From Antedon mediterranea (Eukaryota; Animalia; Echinodermata): a stretch of 64,000 bases of DNA. Position 1 is the stretch's first letter, and each line of letters begins with the position of its first letter. A model generated the notes under the pieces. It saw only the letters and a list, made by a program, of their open reading frames with translations, did not search any database and was not told the origin of the DNA. Location of the stretch: positions 16,182,001 to 16,246,000 of the forward strand of contig NC_092674.1 of assembly GCF_964355755.1 (NCBI RefSeq), read 5' to 3'. The translations under genes were made by a program, and so were the position numbers. Shown one piece after another: positions 39,995 to 54,480 of the stretch.

Positions 39995-40522
39995 CTAAAA
40001 AAACAATAAATTCAAACTCAATAAGTTTGTTTTAACACTTCTTAATTCCTTCATTACTTAATATATATGCTGTACTTATTAACATTTCTTATTTTTATAC
40101 TGTACAGAAGGAATAATAAGTTTAGATTTGTGTGTGTGTGTGTGAACAACACAAATAGGTTAATGCTAAACTATCAAACTTTATGTGAAAACCATATGGA
40201 CACAATGATATCATATTACTAGCATATTCAGCACATCACACATTTTGTCCTTGTGTAGATTAGTGTTTAGTTACACATTGCACTGATTATATAAGCATGT
40301 TCTCAGTTGCGAATCCATGATATCCGAAATGTGGAACACTATTGAATTTAGTGGTAAATCACACGCACTAATATTGTTAATAATAATTCAATTGAGGCAG
40401 TCAAATGGGAATGTTCCCCCTGATCCTGATACAAATCAAATCAATTCAGGTCATCATAATTATGTGTTGTGGACATTCAGGAAGGCAATATGCAAATTAT
40501 ATCTTACATAATGTTAACTTAC

Positions 40523-40597
40523 AAAATTAAAAGTGATGAAGCAAAAGAAGAGAATGCCTCAGGATCTATGGTAGTTATAGCGTTGTTATCTAAGTTC
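40523..40597 (-). CDS. LGR LRR exon (75 bp)
   Basis: NLDNNAITTIDPEAFSSFASSLLI. ag/gtaag, phase 2-2. Confidence 0.88.
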
Positions 40598-40662
40598 CTG
40601 TTTAAAGATAAATTAATAGACATTTAATAAATATTTGTTTATTGAAAAATATGTTTTATTTA

Positions 40663-40898
40663 AAAATGTTATGTCCCCTATCAAATCAGACTTTGAATAG
40701 GCCGTTTTGTTATTTTAATAAAGTTATTCACTTCCATAGAATAAAAAAATTTAAACAATATAAAAAGACAAAGTAAATGGTTAAATTCAACAATTTATTT
40801 TTTGCTTAATATATGTATATTTTTTTGGTCAAAGTGAACTTAAATATTTATGTGACAATTAAAAACATTGTTTTTTTAAATATTTGGACAATGTATCT
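40663..40898. mobile_element. Degenerate copy of the TTAA MITE family
   Basis: ttaaaaatgttatgtcccc...ggacaatgtatctttaa. Confidence 0.55.
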
Positions 40899-41923
40899 TT
40901 AAGACTATATTACGATTTAAAATGTTATACTGAGAGTAAAAAGCATTCCTGCTTGAAACTACGGTAGTTATTATACAGTAGAGGTAATGATGAAAGAAAA
41001 GTCTATCTGGAGCTGACTACACCACAGACTCATTCATTCATTCATTCTTTATTTAGCCTTTAAAATCGAAATACATTTAAAACAAGGTAACAAAAACAAG
41101 ACAGGGTGGAAATCTAAGGAGGCAAGGATAAGCAAAAGCAATTAAAATCGCTGTAGCTCGCAGGCTTGCTTATCCATCCTTAGACTAAAAATAAAATAAT
41201 TTATAGTAATTAAAATCATATAATAATATATAATTTGTTTGATTCAGTCTTATGGTAAGATTTCATTCTTTTTAAAGTCACGGAAATATCTTTAAATCAA
41301 TTAATCAATTATAATTAATGTTGTTCATTCGAATTCCATTGACTGACACAGGTGTTTACTCAATGTTTGTTAGGGCAGTCCATGAAATTCAGTATTAACT
41401 GGAATAATTATATATAATAACCATAATTTAGGAAGTATTGAAAAAAATCTCCAAATGATTTCAAACATTGGTACCAGTGTTACAGCAATGTTAGGGCAGT
41501 CCATGACATCCAGTATCAACTGGAATAATTAGAATAGTTCTAAAACCTTAAATGATAAATAATACAAATTAAGTTAGTTGCAAATCATCTATTGATTTAA
41601 TATAAACACTGCATTTACTCCTTTTATTTTTGTTTGTTTTCAGTTTATAAGTTCCATTTACAGCTTTGTTGGCAACAAAAACCACTCCGCTACTAAGTCT
41701 CAAGCTTTACTTGCCCACCCTGTAAATGTTTTGCTTTATCCTAGAGAATAGTAACCCTTTTATAGTACAAAAGTGTTATTTCAGGCAAGTCGACCAGTGG
41801 CTCCAGGTTCATCATCATAAAATAGGCATAATTTTACAAACATTTAATTGAAAGATTACACTATAAAATACATATTGTACAATGTATTGATTTGGGATAA
41901 ATTTGTTAAGATATTATACTCAC

Positions 41924-41995
41924 AGTTCTGTCAATGCTGTCAAACCATTAAATGCATTTGCTGGCAATTTCTTTATTTGGTTATTGTCCAACCTC
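41924..41995 (-). CDS. LGR LRR exon (72 bp)
   Basis: RLDNNQIKKLPANAFNGLTALTE. ag/gtgag, phase 2-2. Confidence 0.9.
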
Positions 41996-42722
41996 CTAAA
42001 ATAAAGAATACACAGTCAAAAGAAATTAAAATATATTTTGTACGATTTTCTTTTCCTATGACTTGTTTTAGATATGGTCCATAATACAGTTGAAACCTCC
42101 TGTGGACACCACTTGTAAATGGACACCTCATAACGGATACTCACATAAAAGTCTGTGTGTCCTTTTTATTCAATATAGTGCATTGGTAAGTACCATTAGG
42201 GAAGAGTGGAATTACTTTCCCTGTTACCATCTTAAATCATCTCAAACATTTCCATAAGAGGACAGGAAAAACATTTTATTTGTATAGATAACTTCTAAAA
42301 ACTGTTTATTTTCTAAAAATAATTTTAAATACTGAAATCTATGTTACTTTACTTTAAAATAGCCTTTATGTTGGAGAATTAGACGCTATACATTATTTGT
42401 TATAGTACAAGATTAAATTCATTCATTCATTCATTTTATTTGGTCCAATATAAAAATACATCAGAAATTCCTCTTATATACACTGCAGAGATAATAACAA
42501 TATACGTACATGCAGAAAACAATCAATATAAAAAATCACTGATAAAATATCAATTCTAATTCTCCGACTGGGCAATTATCACAAAATTTAATGCAATATT
42601 GTGTTTTGTCTGATTGTGAAATCTACTTTTGACTTACTGTATAACAAAATTTAAACATGAACTCATTTTTTATGTAGTAATTCGATCATAATTATAAAGT
42701 ACATATCAATAAAAATACTCAC

Positions 42723-42794
42723 AGCAATGTCAATGCAGTTAAACCAAAAAATGCATTTGCTGGCAATGTGCTTATCTTGAAATCTCTCAACCAC
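42723..42794 (-). CDS. LGR LRR exon (72 bp)
   Basis: WLRDFKISTLPANAFFGLTALTL. ag/gtgag, phase 2-2. Confidence 0.88.
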
Positions 42795-42830
42795 CTTCAA
42801 GATAAAACAATTTAGTATTAACCAAGTAGC

Positions 42831-43520
42831 TACGGTGGCTGATTTCCGCCAAAGAAAAAAATTATTTTATAATAATAACGCCGTGTTAGGGCGTTATAAC
42901 GCCGTAATAGGGCGTTATAACGCCGTAATTAGGACGTTATAACGCCCTAAATATACAATCTGTTCACACGTACATGCCCGTAGTACCTCTCGGTGCATTC
43001 ACAGATTTTAGAAAGTCACGTGGTACATTACTTTTATTATGTGTATGGAGTCGAGTCATGTGCTTAAAAAATGTATAACATTCACAAGGTTTTAAATATC
43101 AAAACAATCAATTTGTTTAAAGGTTTTGTTAAGATAACGCAGTCTTAAAGTTACTGCGAAGATGATTTTAAACAACAAAATGTAAAAACAATGCATTACT
43201 ATAGAGAATCGCTGTACAAAATAAACGCGTAAAGAGCCAGCCAGAGCCGTTAAATTAAATAGATTAAAGCTATTTTTTTGGTTTAAAATCATCAAAAAAT
43301 AATGTTATTATTGTTTTAACAAAAACCTTTAAACAAATTGATTCAATCCATTCAAAGTCGCAACTCTAGGGTGGCTGATTTCCGCTAAAGAATTTTTTTT
43401 TTATATAATAATACGGCGTTATAACGCCCTAATACGGCGTTATAACGCCCTAATTAGGTCGTTATAACGCCGTATTATTATAAAAAAAATAATTTTCTTT
43501 GGCGGAAATCAGCCACCGTA
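42831..43520. mobile_element. MITE with TAC...GTA ends and a 6-bp TSD (IS3EU-like)
   Basis: TIR tacggtggctgatttccgccaaagaaaa, subterminal ggcgttataacgcc palindromes, and agtagc duplicated on both sides. Confidence 0.85.
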
Positions 43521-43521
43521 A

Positions 43522-46500
43522 GTAGCAGACCATGTATTACGAAATAATTTTCATGTTTTGCGATATGTATTACATATTATTATGTCTATTTCGTGAGATC
43601 CCTATAGACAAGTTCTATTTCCTCTGAAATATGATGTAAGAAGCATTTTTGGGTAGAAGCTGGGATCCACTTGATTTAGGATATTTCGACCTCGCTGATT
43701 ACGAATATGGCGGATCCCAAGCGAAATTCGGCCATCTAAGCCCTTAATTTGCATAATTAAAAATGGCGGCCATTTTTTATAATTACCCTATATCTCGAGA
43801 ACCACTAGTCACAGATAATTAATTTTGGTGTCAAAATGTTTTAAATATATGTTTTTATATTCACTTTAATGACACATTTTCTCAAAAAATGGATGCAAGT
43901 CTTATTTCTGACATTTTGACCTTTGACCTTGATTTATCGTATCTCAGTAACCAATAATCGGAGAGACACGAAATAGGGCTCAAATTGTTCAGAAACTATA
44001 CATTCTTATTTATTATAATGAAATGTTTTTACAAAAAATGGCCGATTCTACAACTATTGACCTTTGAACTATTAGTCAAATATAATAATATAATAATAAT
44101 ATAACTTTGAAAATTGTGGTCTTATGAATTTTTTTTTCTTTTTAAATTGTTTAAAACATGTGTGTTTCTATACAGTCTAATGGCACATTTTGTACAAGAA
44201 TGGCCGATAGTATGGTTATTGACCTTTAAACTACAGCATAGGCCTACTGTATACTGAATATAATATAATTGCATAACTATGAAATTATTTATACTCAATA
44301 ATAATTAGTAAAATTATAAAATTCACTGCCATCAAATATGATGTGTTATGATTTATATAGATTTAAAAAAAAATTGAACACGCAAGTTACATTTGTTGAA
44401 ATTTGAAATTACCTGCCATCAATATGATGGAGTATGATTATAGATTTTTAAAAATGTGAACATGTCAGCTACATTTGGAAATTACCTGCCATCAATATGA
44501 TGGATTATGATTATAGATTTAAAAAAGAATTTGAACACATAAGCTACATTTGAAAATTACCTGCCATCAATATGATGGATTATGATTATAGATTTAAAAA
44601 AGGATTTGAACACGTCAGCTACATTTGGAAATTACCTGCCATCAATATGATGGATTATGATTGTATAGTACCTGCCATCAATATGATGGATTATGATTGT
44701 ATAGGTTTGAAAGAAAAGTGAACACGTAAGCTACATTTGGAATGAACATGTTAAGGGCATCAGTTTTGATCATTCATGCAAAGGTTTCCGTCATCTTTAG
44801 CGTTGTTACAGTAGCATATTAAAGCTGTACATGGTAGTTTTGACTTTTTGCACCTACATCTATATGGTTATGCATCGTGTCTTGCATCAACAATAAATCA
44901 TCTCTAACGAAGCAGTAGGAATAGCTCCATTTTTCAGAAGCACTGGTTGAAGTTTACCATTAGATAGCTCCCAACCAAAATATGTTGGTGATGGCAAATG
45001 CTGGATTGGCGATACAGCTTTTTTCAATACGAGTGCTTGGAAGTGTGCTCTTTTTATATGCTGGTGCACTGCATCGCTTGTTGGAGATAATGCCTCTGGT
45101 TTTTTGTTTTTTTTAACATGGCATGCCTAACTTAAAACTGTCGATAAAGGACACCACCAGACAAAGATGAACCAAAACACAGAGACCAATTCGTCGAATT
45201 ATAGAAAGTGGTGAAATACCGCTGCCAAATTGCTGGTCAAACTTGTTGGCATTACAAGATAATAATGCAGATCTGACACGATTTCTATCAGAGGAGTTGA
45301 TTCGTCAAGCTCCTGTAGACAAAGAAATTGTCACAGCTGGTGGATTTATGAAAGAATCAGTTGTTAAATCATCAAAATTGTACACGAATACGTTGTCTCT
45401 GGTCAGACCATGAAGAATAGGACACGAGACTTGTCATGCTGCCAATGTCCGATACGACACAGTTGTAGTTGCTTCTAGGGATACAGACGTACGTACTAGT
45501 GATTCTAGTGTCTCACTACCAAAGCATGGTATCCAAATGGATGATGATAGGGACATCCAAAAAAAGAAAGTATCTATAAAAGACATTTTTCAAGCCTTGC
45601 CCGAGGGTTCTGCAAAAGCACTGATTCCATTCCACACTATTAGTGGATGCGATACTACCTCATATCCAGGGAAGAGTTAAATTATATTAATACATACATA
45701 CAGTAATTTAACTCTTCACTGCTCATATCTAAGTGGTCACTCAAAGGCATCGGCATGGGAAGTATTAAAAAAAGGTATGAACTAATTAAAGACCTGGGAG
45801 AAAACCTATCAGTGACCAAGTTATTATGAAATCGGAAAGATTCATTTGCTACGTTTACGGTGTTGGTCAAGTTAAAAGTACCAATAAAGTTAGGCTTTAA
45901 AAAAAAAAGGCATTACCTCCAACAAGCGATGCAGTGCACCAACATATAAAAAGAGCACACTTCCAAGCACTCGTATGGAAAAAAGCTGTATCGCCAATCC
46001 AGCATTTGCCATCACCAACATATTTTGGTTGGGAGCTATCTAATGGTAAACTTCAACCAGTGCTTCTGAAAAATGAAGCTATTCCTACTGCTTCGTTAGA
46101 GATGATTTATTGTGGATGCAAGACACGATACATAACCAATAAATGTAGGTGCAAGAAGTCAAAACTACCATGTACAGCTTTATGCCGCTGTAACAACGCT
46201 AAAGATGACGGAAACCTTTGCATGAATGATCTTAACTGATGCCCTTAACATGTTCATTCCAAATGTAGCTTACGTACGTGTTCACATTTTCTTTTAAATC
46301 TATACAATCATAATCCATCATATTGATGGCAAGTAATTTTCAAATGTAGCTTACGTGTTCAAATTCTTTTTTAAATCTATAATCATAATCCATCATATTG
46401 ATGGCAGGTACTATACAATCATAATCCATCATATTGATGGCAGGTAATTTCCAAATTTCCAAATGTAGCTGACGTGTTCAAATTCTTTTTTAAATCTATA

Positions 46501-47675
46501 ATCATAATCCATCATATTGATGGCAGGTAATTTTCAAATGTAGCTTACGTGTTCAAATTCTTTTTAAAATCTATAATCATAATCCATCATATTGATGGCA
46601 GGTAATTTCCCAATTTCCAAATGTAGCTGACGTGTTCAAATTCTTTTTTAATTCTATAATCATAATCCATCATATTGATGGCAGGTAATTTTCTAATGTA
46701 GCTTACGTGTTCAAATTCTTATTTAAATCTATAATCATAATCCATCATATTGATGGCAGGTAATTTCCAAATGTAGCTGACATGTTCACATTTTAGAAAA
46801 TCTATAAGCACACTCCATCATATTGATGGCAGGTAATTTCAAATTTCAAATTTCAAAAAATGTAACTTGCGTATTCAAATTCCTTTTTAAATCTATATAA
46901 ATAATAACACATCATATTTGATGGCAGTGAATTTTATAATTTTACTAATTGTTATTGTGTATAAATAATTTCATAGTTATGCAATTATATTATATTTAGT
47001 ATACAGTAGGCCTATGCTGTAGTTAAAAGGTCAATAACCATACTATCGGCCATTCTTGTACAAAATATTCCATTAGACTGGATAGAAACACGTCACATGT
47101 TTTAAACAATTTAAAAAGAAAAAAAAATTCATAAGACCACAATTTTCAAAGTTATATTATTATTATATTATTATATTTGACTAATAGTTCAAAGGTCAAT
47201 AGTTGTAGAATCGGCCAGTTTTTGTAAAAACATTTCATTATAATAAATATGAATGTATAGTTTCTGAACAATTTGAGCCCTATTTCGTGTCTCTCCGATT
47301 ATTGGTTACTGAGATACGATAAATCAAGGTCAAAGGTCAAAATGTCAGAAATACAACTTGCATCAATTTTTTGAGAAAAAGTGTCATTAAAGTGAATATA
47401 AAAACATATATTTAAAACATTTTGACACCAAAATTAATTATCTGTGACTAGTGGTTCTCGAGATATAGGGTAATTATAAAAAATGGCCGCCATTTTTAAT
47501 TATGCAAATTAAGGGCTTAGATGGCCGAATTTCGCTTGGGATCCGCCATATTCGTAATCAGCGAGGTCGAAATATCCTAAATCAAGTGGATCCCAGCTTC
47601 TACCCAAAAATGCTTCTTGATTCGTTTTCTAGGCCGTTTTTTGAGAAATGGAACCTGTCTACTACCTGTATAGAC
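43522..47675 (+). mobile_element. Decayed Academ-like DNA transposon with long inverted arms (~43638-45130 vs ~45890-47618)
   Basis: Ends gtagcagac / gtctactac. Broken XPG/PIN-like motifs HEE*DTRL, VVVASRDTDV and FHTISGCDTTS (45410-45665). The C-terminus HIKRAHFQ...GW...CGCK...CRC..CTALCRC is present on both strands. Internal ~70-bp minisatellites occur in both arms. Confidence 0.8.
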
Positions 47676-48039
47676 TCTACATGCCATTATTCCCAATATG
47701 GACACCCCTCGAAAGGAAAATGGAATAGTCCAGGCGCCGTAGAGGGCCGTACAAACGTCTCTCACGCGCGCATGCATGACATCGTCCTCATATTCCAAGA
47801 TCCACGTGATCACGGCGAGGGGAGGCGGGAGGGATTGCTATACAGGTAGGTATCTCACTCATACATAGACTATACCAACACCACTGTTGGTTTGTGTAAT
47901 CATATACCATCTTGTAAGTGGCCATGTTTTTTTGTTGGTTTTAGTTTGGAACAAAAATTATTACAAAAAGTTTCTAAAATTTAGTTTTATTTGAAAATTC
48001 TAGAAAGTTTGTAGGAATTCAGAGTAAAAAAATACTCAC

Positions 48040-48111
48040 AGTTCTGGCAGTGATGTCAACCCATTAAACGCATTGGCTTCTAGTGTACGTATTTGATTAG
48101 ATTCCACCAAG
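48040..48111 (-). CDS. LGR LRR exon (72 bp)
   Basis: LVESNQIRTLEANAFNGLTSLPE. ag/gtgag, phase 2-2. Confidence 0.88.
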
Positions 48112-50095
48112 CTAGAAATCAAGAAAAGTAAAGTTCAGTAAGAAAAAATTGCAGTATTCAAAACTATATATACTACTATAAACTATAATTTAAAACCATT
48201 AGTTACCATTAAAGATTAGATCTAAGAATTCTAATTCTCCGACTGGGTAATTATCACAAAATTTAATTCAAAATTGTGTTTTGTCTGCTTGCTTGTGAAA
48301 TGTTACTTTTCTTTGTTTTCCACGGGATTACACTGTAGTGATATAGGTGGACAACATTATACATCGCAATTCAGTTATTTTTGTAAACACACATATCCCC
48401 CCCCCCCCCCTGTTTTTAATGGTGGTGGGGGAGGGGGATCCTGTTGTCACCGCTGTAATTCAATAAATGAAACAGGTACTGAAATGGTACTGAATGATGC
48501 TTCATTTTATGAAAACCACATAAAATAATCATGATTATTGAAAGAAAATTAGACATTGGTATAAGAAATGCATTAAAAAAGTAGAAATAACAAAGCAATT
48601 TCAATCAATATGTAAATAATGTTTAGGTAAGTTTTGATTTTTAAAGAATAGGTTTAAGCAGCAAGACAAGAAATATGATATGAACTAACTTTAATTTTAT
48701 AGCCTTGTTTTGTTCACATTCATTTATTCATTCATATTCAATATCATAAGTAAAAAATAGAAATTTTGTTCTCATAGTACACTGTTTAAGCTAAATTATG
48801 TTACAAAATAAAATATAACAGTTTATTATATCTCAACCGTATGTTGTAACAGTAAATAAAAATATAATTATATTTTATTTGTATTACCAACTGAATGGAT
48901 CTTTTAAAGGGTAAATTATGTTTGTTTTTTTTATAGGCATGTTGCAAGTCATGACAAAATATCTTTTATTTTTTAACAGCAAACTGTAGTGATAGTATGC
49001 CTAGTGTCACTTAACCCTGAACGGAATGATAATAATGAAATGGCAAAGATTAAAACTGTGTAGCATTTTTTAATTCATTTTTGCTGTACATACATTGAAC
49101 TAATGAATTATTAATCAAAAGAAATTCATAAGAGTAACTAAAAAAAAAATACCTGTAATCAGTGATTTGCCCGACGTGCAATATCCTTCAAAGTAAGAGA
49201 AATACAAAGTAATTGTTATTATAAAAAATATATATATATATATATTTTTTGATAATTCAAAACAAAATAACTACATAAACAAAATGTAGTAAATCTTACT
49301 TAAAGGATATTTAAATTGTAAAATATTATTTTACAACTGAAAATTTATTTTGATTTATTATATTATCTTACAAAAAATTAAAAAAATTCATAGTGAATTC
49401 ATTAAAAAGAAGTTGTTTATTGTCGTGATGTGGTTTCCCGATTAATCGTACGATCAAAACGGTACTGGGTATGATTAAAAAGAAGTTGTTTATTTTTGGG
49501 GTTGGGTGTGGGGAGTGGTTTAAACTTATAATCACATAATAATATAATTATTATATATTAATTATTTTGTTATAGTTGTCCTACAATGTAAAATACAATT
49601 TCTAATTTAACTTTTTAATTAAAACTAAATTGTAGTACAGTAAATACATTATACTGCATGTAATCCATCTATTGTATACTTTAGTATGTCAAAATATAAT
49701 ATGTTAAAATAAAAATTTGGTAAATATATTTTAATAATTTATTTCCTAAAACAAAATGTTTACACCAAATTCAAATCGTTAGCAACCATAATAAATGTAT
49801 TATCTAATATGTAATACAGATTCAGTTTCAATTGTTATATCTTACAAAATTAAATAGTTCAATCATGGTGTATACATTTAAAAAATGTTGATTTTAAAAT
49901 TATTTGAAATAATTTGATAAATTTAAAAATGTTGATTTTAAAATTCTTTTTCTGTAAATAGTCGTAATGTACACATTAGTCCATTTTTACAATTGAACCT
50001 ACAATGAATGCACTCCATTGTATAAACATTTTAATGTCAAAATATAAAATATATATGTAAATTTTAATTTTAAATCACTACATAAACAAATACTA

Positions 50096-53054
50096 ACTAG
50101 ATTTAATTCGTCACTATGACGAATTATAGGTTATATGCATTGATTTAAATAAAGATAATTGATTTTTAAAAGATATATTGATTGATTGATTTTGTCAGAA
50201 TCTTTAATTATTTATAATATATGATAGGACCTTGCTAACGCGAACACCATAGCCGGTATCACAATCCGATCAAAGATCCATATGCGTATAATGTCATAAA
50301 CCACATTTGTTGTTACATAATAATAAAGACATAAGTTAATTTTTATCTAGATTTCATTATAAATCATGTGTATAATCTATACACTAAGAAATAAATTTGA
50401 ACAAACAATACGGATAATAAAAAAAAAATCTTATTTCGTTTCCCAAGGTGAGACTCGAACTCGGTACCTTGAATGCCATAGACACGAGCACAGACCATTG
50501 AGCCATACACAACTGACTAAAAGTTGGAGAAAAATTCCTCCGTGTATTTACTATGCAGTAACCACTTTGGTGCAGATAGATTATTACATACCGCAATGAA
50601 TTATAATTTTTTACTATGATGACATCTTTAAAAATTGAAAAAAAATGATGCACTGTCAAACTATATACTTTTACCTTTAATATATGAACTTCTTAAGGAA
50701 GAAAGTTAATGTTAAGTTTGTTATTTTGGCCTAAGAAAATGTTATAATTTGTTTGATTGTCGAAATTAATTTTGTTAAATTTAATATGCCATTAATGATG
50801 ACTTAATCAACTTTTGTTCTTCTAATTTCATAATAAATCATACATATGATACATACACTTCAAGAAAATTAAATAAAAAATAGGTGTTCCCGAGCATCCT
50901 AACGATATATATTAACTTTAAAATTTAGCATATTTTCACCATTTTGTTAACTTACACGTGCGTAGCCTGTCACATTTGACGTGCTCGTATAACGCTGTTT
51001 CGCGTTGAAAAGTGAATAAAATATGATAATATTATTAAAGAAAGGTTATACAACAGTAATCGGACAAAAACAGTGCGCATTAACGTTTGACGCGCAGTGC
51101 ACGTGCAAAAATCTGCGCACTCATGGCAATTTTTTAAACGCTTAAAATTGCCTGAAACGTACTCTAATTTCATCGAAAATAAATTCTGACAATTTTCAAC
51201 ATTTTAAGCGCGCGTACGCATGCGTTATATGCGCTACGCACGTAATTGTATTGCCATATGATGAAATATGACCTGAAATTTATGAGTACCAAATTTTGTT
51301 TAATTGTGATTCATGCTTGTGAAGATATGAGTACAAACGTGATTTCGTTAAATCACGCGTAGACCGCGTAATTTTTGATTGCGCATCGTGAAAACATAAC
51401 CACTTCGATTCCTGGCCATAAGGAATATACTCTGAAAAATTGACTTAGATAGATGAAACTTATGCCAAGATAATTCACGGACAAATAGTGCTAAGGAAAG
51501 AATAAATAAATAAACTAGATTTAATTCGTCACTATGACGAATTATAGGTTATATGCATTGATTTAAATAAAGATAATTGATTTTTAAAAGATATATTGAT
51601 TGATTGATTTTCTCAGAATCTTTAATTATTTAAAATATATGATAGGACCTTGCTAACGCGAACACCATAGCCGGTATCACAATCCGATCAAAGACCCATA
51701 TGCGTATAATGTCATAAACCACATTTGTTGTTACATAATAATAAAGACATAAGTTAATTTTTATCTAGATTTCATTATAAATCATGTGTATAATCTATAC
51801 ACTAAGAAATAAATTTTAACAAAAAATACGGATAATAAAAAAAAAATCTTATTTCGTTTCCCAAGGTGAGACTCGATCTCGGTACCTTGAATGCCATAGA
51901 CACGAGCACAGACCACCGAGCTGTACGTACACAACTGACTAAAAGTTGTAGAAAAATTCCTCCGTGTATTTACTATGCAGTAACCACTTTGATGCAAATA
52001 GATTATTACATACCGAAATGAATTATAATTTTTTACTATGATGACATCTTTAAAATGTATACAAATGATGCACTGTCAAACTACATACTTTTAACTTTAA
52101 TATATGAATTTTTTAAGGAAGAAAGTTAATGTTAAGTTTGTTATTTTGGCCTAAGAAAATGTCATAATTTGTTTGATTGTCGAAATTGTTTTTTTTAAAT
52201 TTAATATGCAATTAATGATGACTTAATCAACTTTTGTTCTCTTTATTTGATAATAAATCATACATATGATACATACACTTCAAGAAAATGAAATAAAAAA
52301 TAGGTGTTCCCCTGCATTCTGACGATATATATTAATTTAAAAATTTAGCATATTTTCACCATTTTGTTAACTTATACGTGCGTAGCCAGTCACTTTTGAC
52401 GTGCTCGTATAACGCAATTTCGAGTTGAAACCTGAATCAAATATGATGATATTATTAAAGAAAGATTGTAAAACAGAAATCGGGCAAAAAGAGTGCGCAT
52501 TAACGTTTAGTGCGCGTGCAAAAAGCTGCGCTCTCATGGCAATTTTTTAAACGCTTAAAATTGCCTGAAACGTACTCTAATTTCATCGAAAATAAATTTT
52601 GACAATTTTGAACATTTTAAGCGCGCGTACGCAAGCGTTATATGCGCTACGCACGTAATTTTATTGCCATATGATGAAATATGACCTGAAATTTATGAGT
52701 ACCAAATTTTGTTTAATTGTGATTCATGCTTGTGAAAATATGATTACAAACGTGATTTCGTAAAATCGCGCGTAGACCGCGTAATTTTTGATTACGCATC
52801 GTGAAAATATAACCACATCGATTCCTGGCCATGAGGAATATACTCTGAAAACTTGACTTAGCTAGATTAAACTGATGCCAAGATAATGCACGGACAAAAT
52901 AGTGCTAAGGAAAGAATAAATAAATAAATAAAGATTTTGACAGAATCAAGAGGTTATATGCATATCATGCATATAACCTAATAAATAAATAAAGAAATAA
53001 ATAAAGATTGTGACAGAATCAAGAGGTTATATGCATGATAATGCATATAACCTA
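50096..53054 (-). mobile_element. Helentron-like family A copy, containing a second nested copy
   Basis: Same termini as 2069-7338. The empty site aaatacta|attatttag is seen in sister array units (e.g. ~55910), with no TSD. Confidence 0.82.
51514..52981 (-). mobile_element. Helentron-like family A copy nested in the (aaat)n tract of the previous copy
   Basis: Complete actagattt...atataaccta element. The host's terminal ~60 bp follow at 52995-53054. Confidence 0.82.
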
Positions 53055-53579
53055 ATTATTTAGTAACATTTGTTATAATGATATTTATATTGTGACATTT
53101 ACAATAAAAATTTATTTTGAATTATTTTTATTTTAAAAAAATTAAATTTGTGGATGGGAAAAAAAACTATTGATTTTTAAAGATAATTTTTATAAGATCA
53201 CAAATTGTGAAATTATGTAATAATATTAATCCATTATCATTGCTTAACCAAAAATGTAAAATAATTTTATATTTAATTTCTATATTTAAACCAAATTGGT
53301 AAAAGTAAGCAAACATAAGCAATACACTTGCAAATATTTAAAATCAAAGATAAATTTTGAATTATTATATATTACAGAAAAAATAAAGTTCATTCATGGT
53401 GGATGAACTATGAGACTAGTGATTTTTAAAGATATTTTTATAAGATCACAAATTGTGAAATTATGTAATAATATTAATCCATTATCATTGCTTAACCAAA
53501 AATGTAAAATAATTTTATATTTAATTTCTATATTTAAACCAAATTGGTAATAGTAAGCAAACATAAGCAATACACTTAC

Positions 53580-53651
53580 AGTGTTTCCAATGCTGTCAAA
53601 CCAGCAAATGCATTGGCTTGTAATGTACTTATTTGGTTACCGCTCAAATAC
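53580..53651 (-). CDS. LGR array LRR exon 7 (72 bp)
   Basis: YLSGNQISTLQANAFAGLTALET. ttttaag/gtaagt. Confidence 0.88.
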
Positions 53652-54408
53652 CTTAAAAGTAAAAAGAATGCACAGTATAAATATAATCACAATATCCAAG
53701 CTGTTTTTAAATTATTTTAGTTTTTCTGTCACCTCAAATGTTGAAATGTCTACATTCCTGTACATTATACAGTAGTTATACTGCATGTACTCTATTGTAT
53801 GTACTTTAGTTATGTCAAAATATATTATGTTAAAATAAAAATGTGGTAAATATATTTAAATTCACATTTTTGAATTGTTTTACAACAATAAATAATTCAA
53901 TCATGGTAGATAAATAAAAAAAAATGTTGATTTTAAAATTCTTTTTACTGTAAATAATTAAATTATGGAATCATAATGTACACATTAGTCCATTATTACA
54001 ATTGAACCTACAATGCATGCATTGTATTGTATCAATATTTTATGGAAAAATATACAATATATAGGTAAATTTTAATAGTTTTTATTCTCATAAGACAAAA
54101 TTATTACATAAATAAATATTAATTATTTAGTAACATTCATTATAATGATATTTATATTGCAAATATTTAAAATCAAAGATAAATTTTGAATTATTATATA
54201 TTACAGAAAAAATAAAGTTCATTCATGGTGGATGAACTATGAGACTAGTGATTTTTAAAGATATTTTTATAAGATCACAAATTGTGAAATTATGTAATAA
54301 TATTAATCCATTATCATTGCTTAACCAAAAATGTAAAATAATTTTATATTTAATTTCTATATTTAAACCAAATTGGTAATAGTAAGCAAACATAAGCAAT
54401 ACACTTAC

Positions 54409-54480
54409 AGTGTTTCCAATGCTATCAAACCAGCAAATGCATTGGCTTGTAATGTACTTATTTGGTTACCGCTCAAATAC
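54409..54480 (-). CDS. LGR array LRR exon 6 (72 bp)
   Basis: YLSGNQISTLQANAFAGLIALET. Confidence 0.88.
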
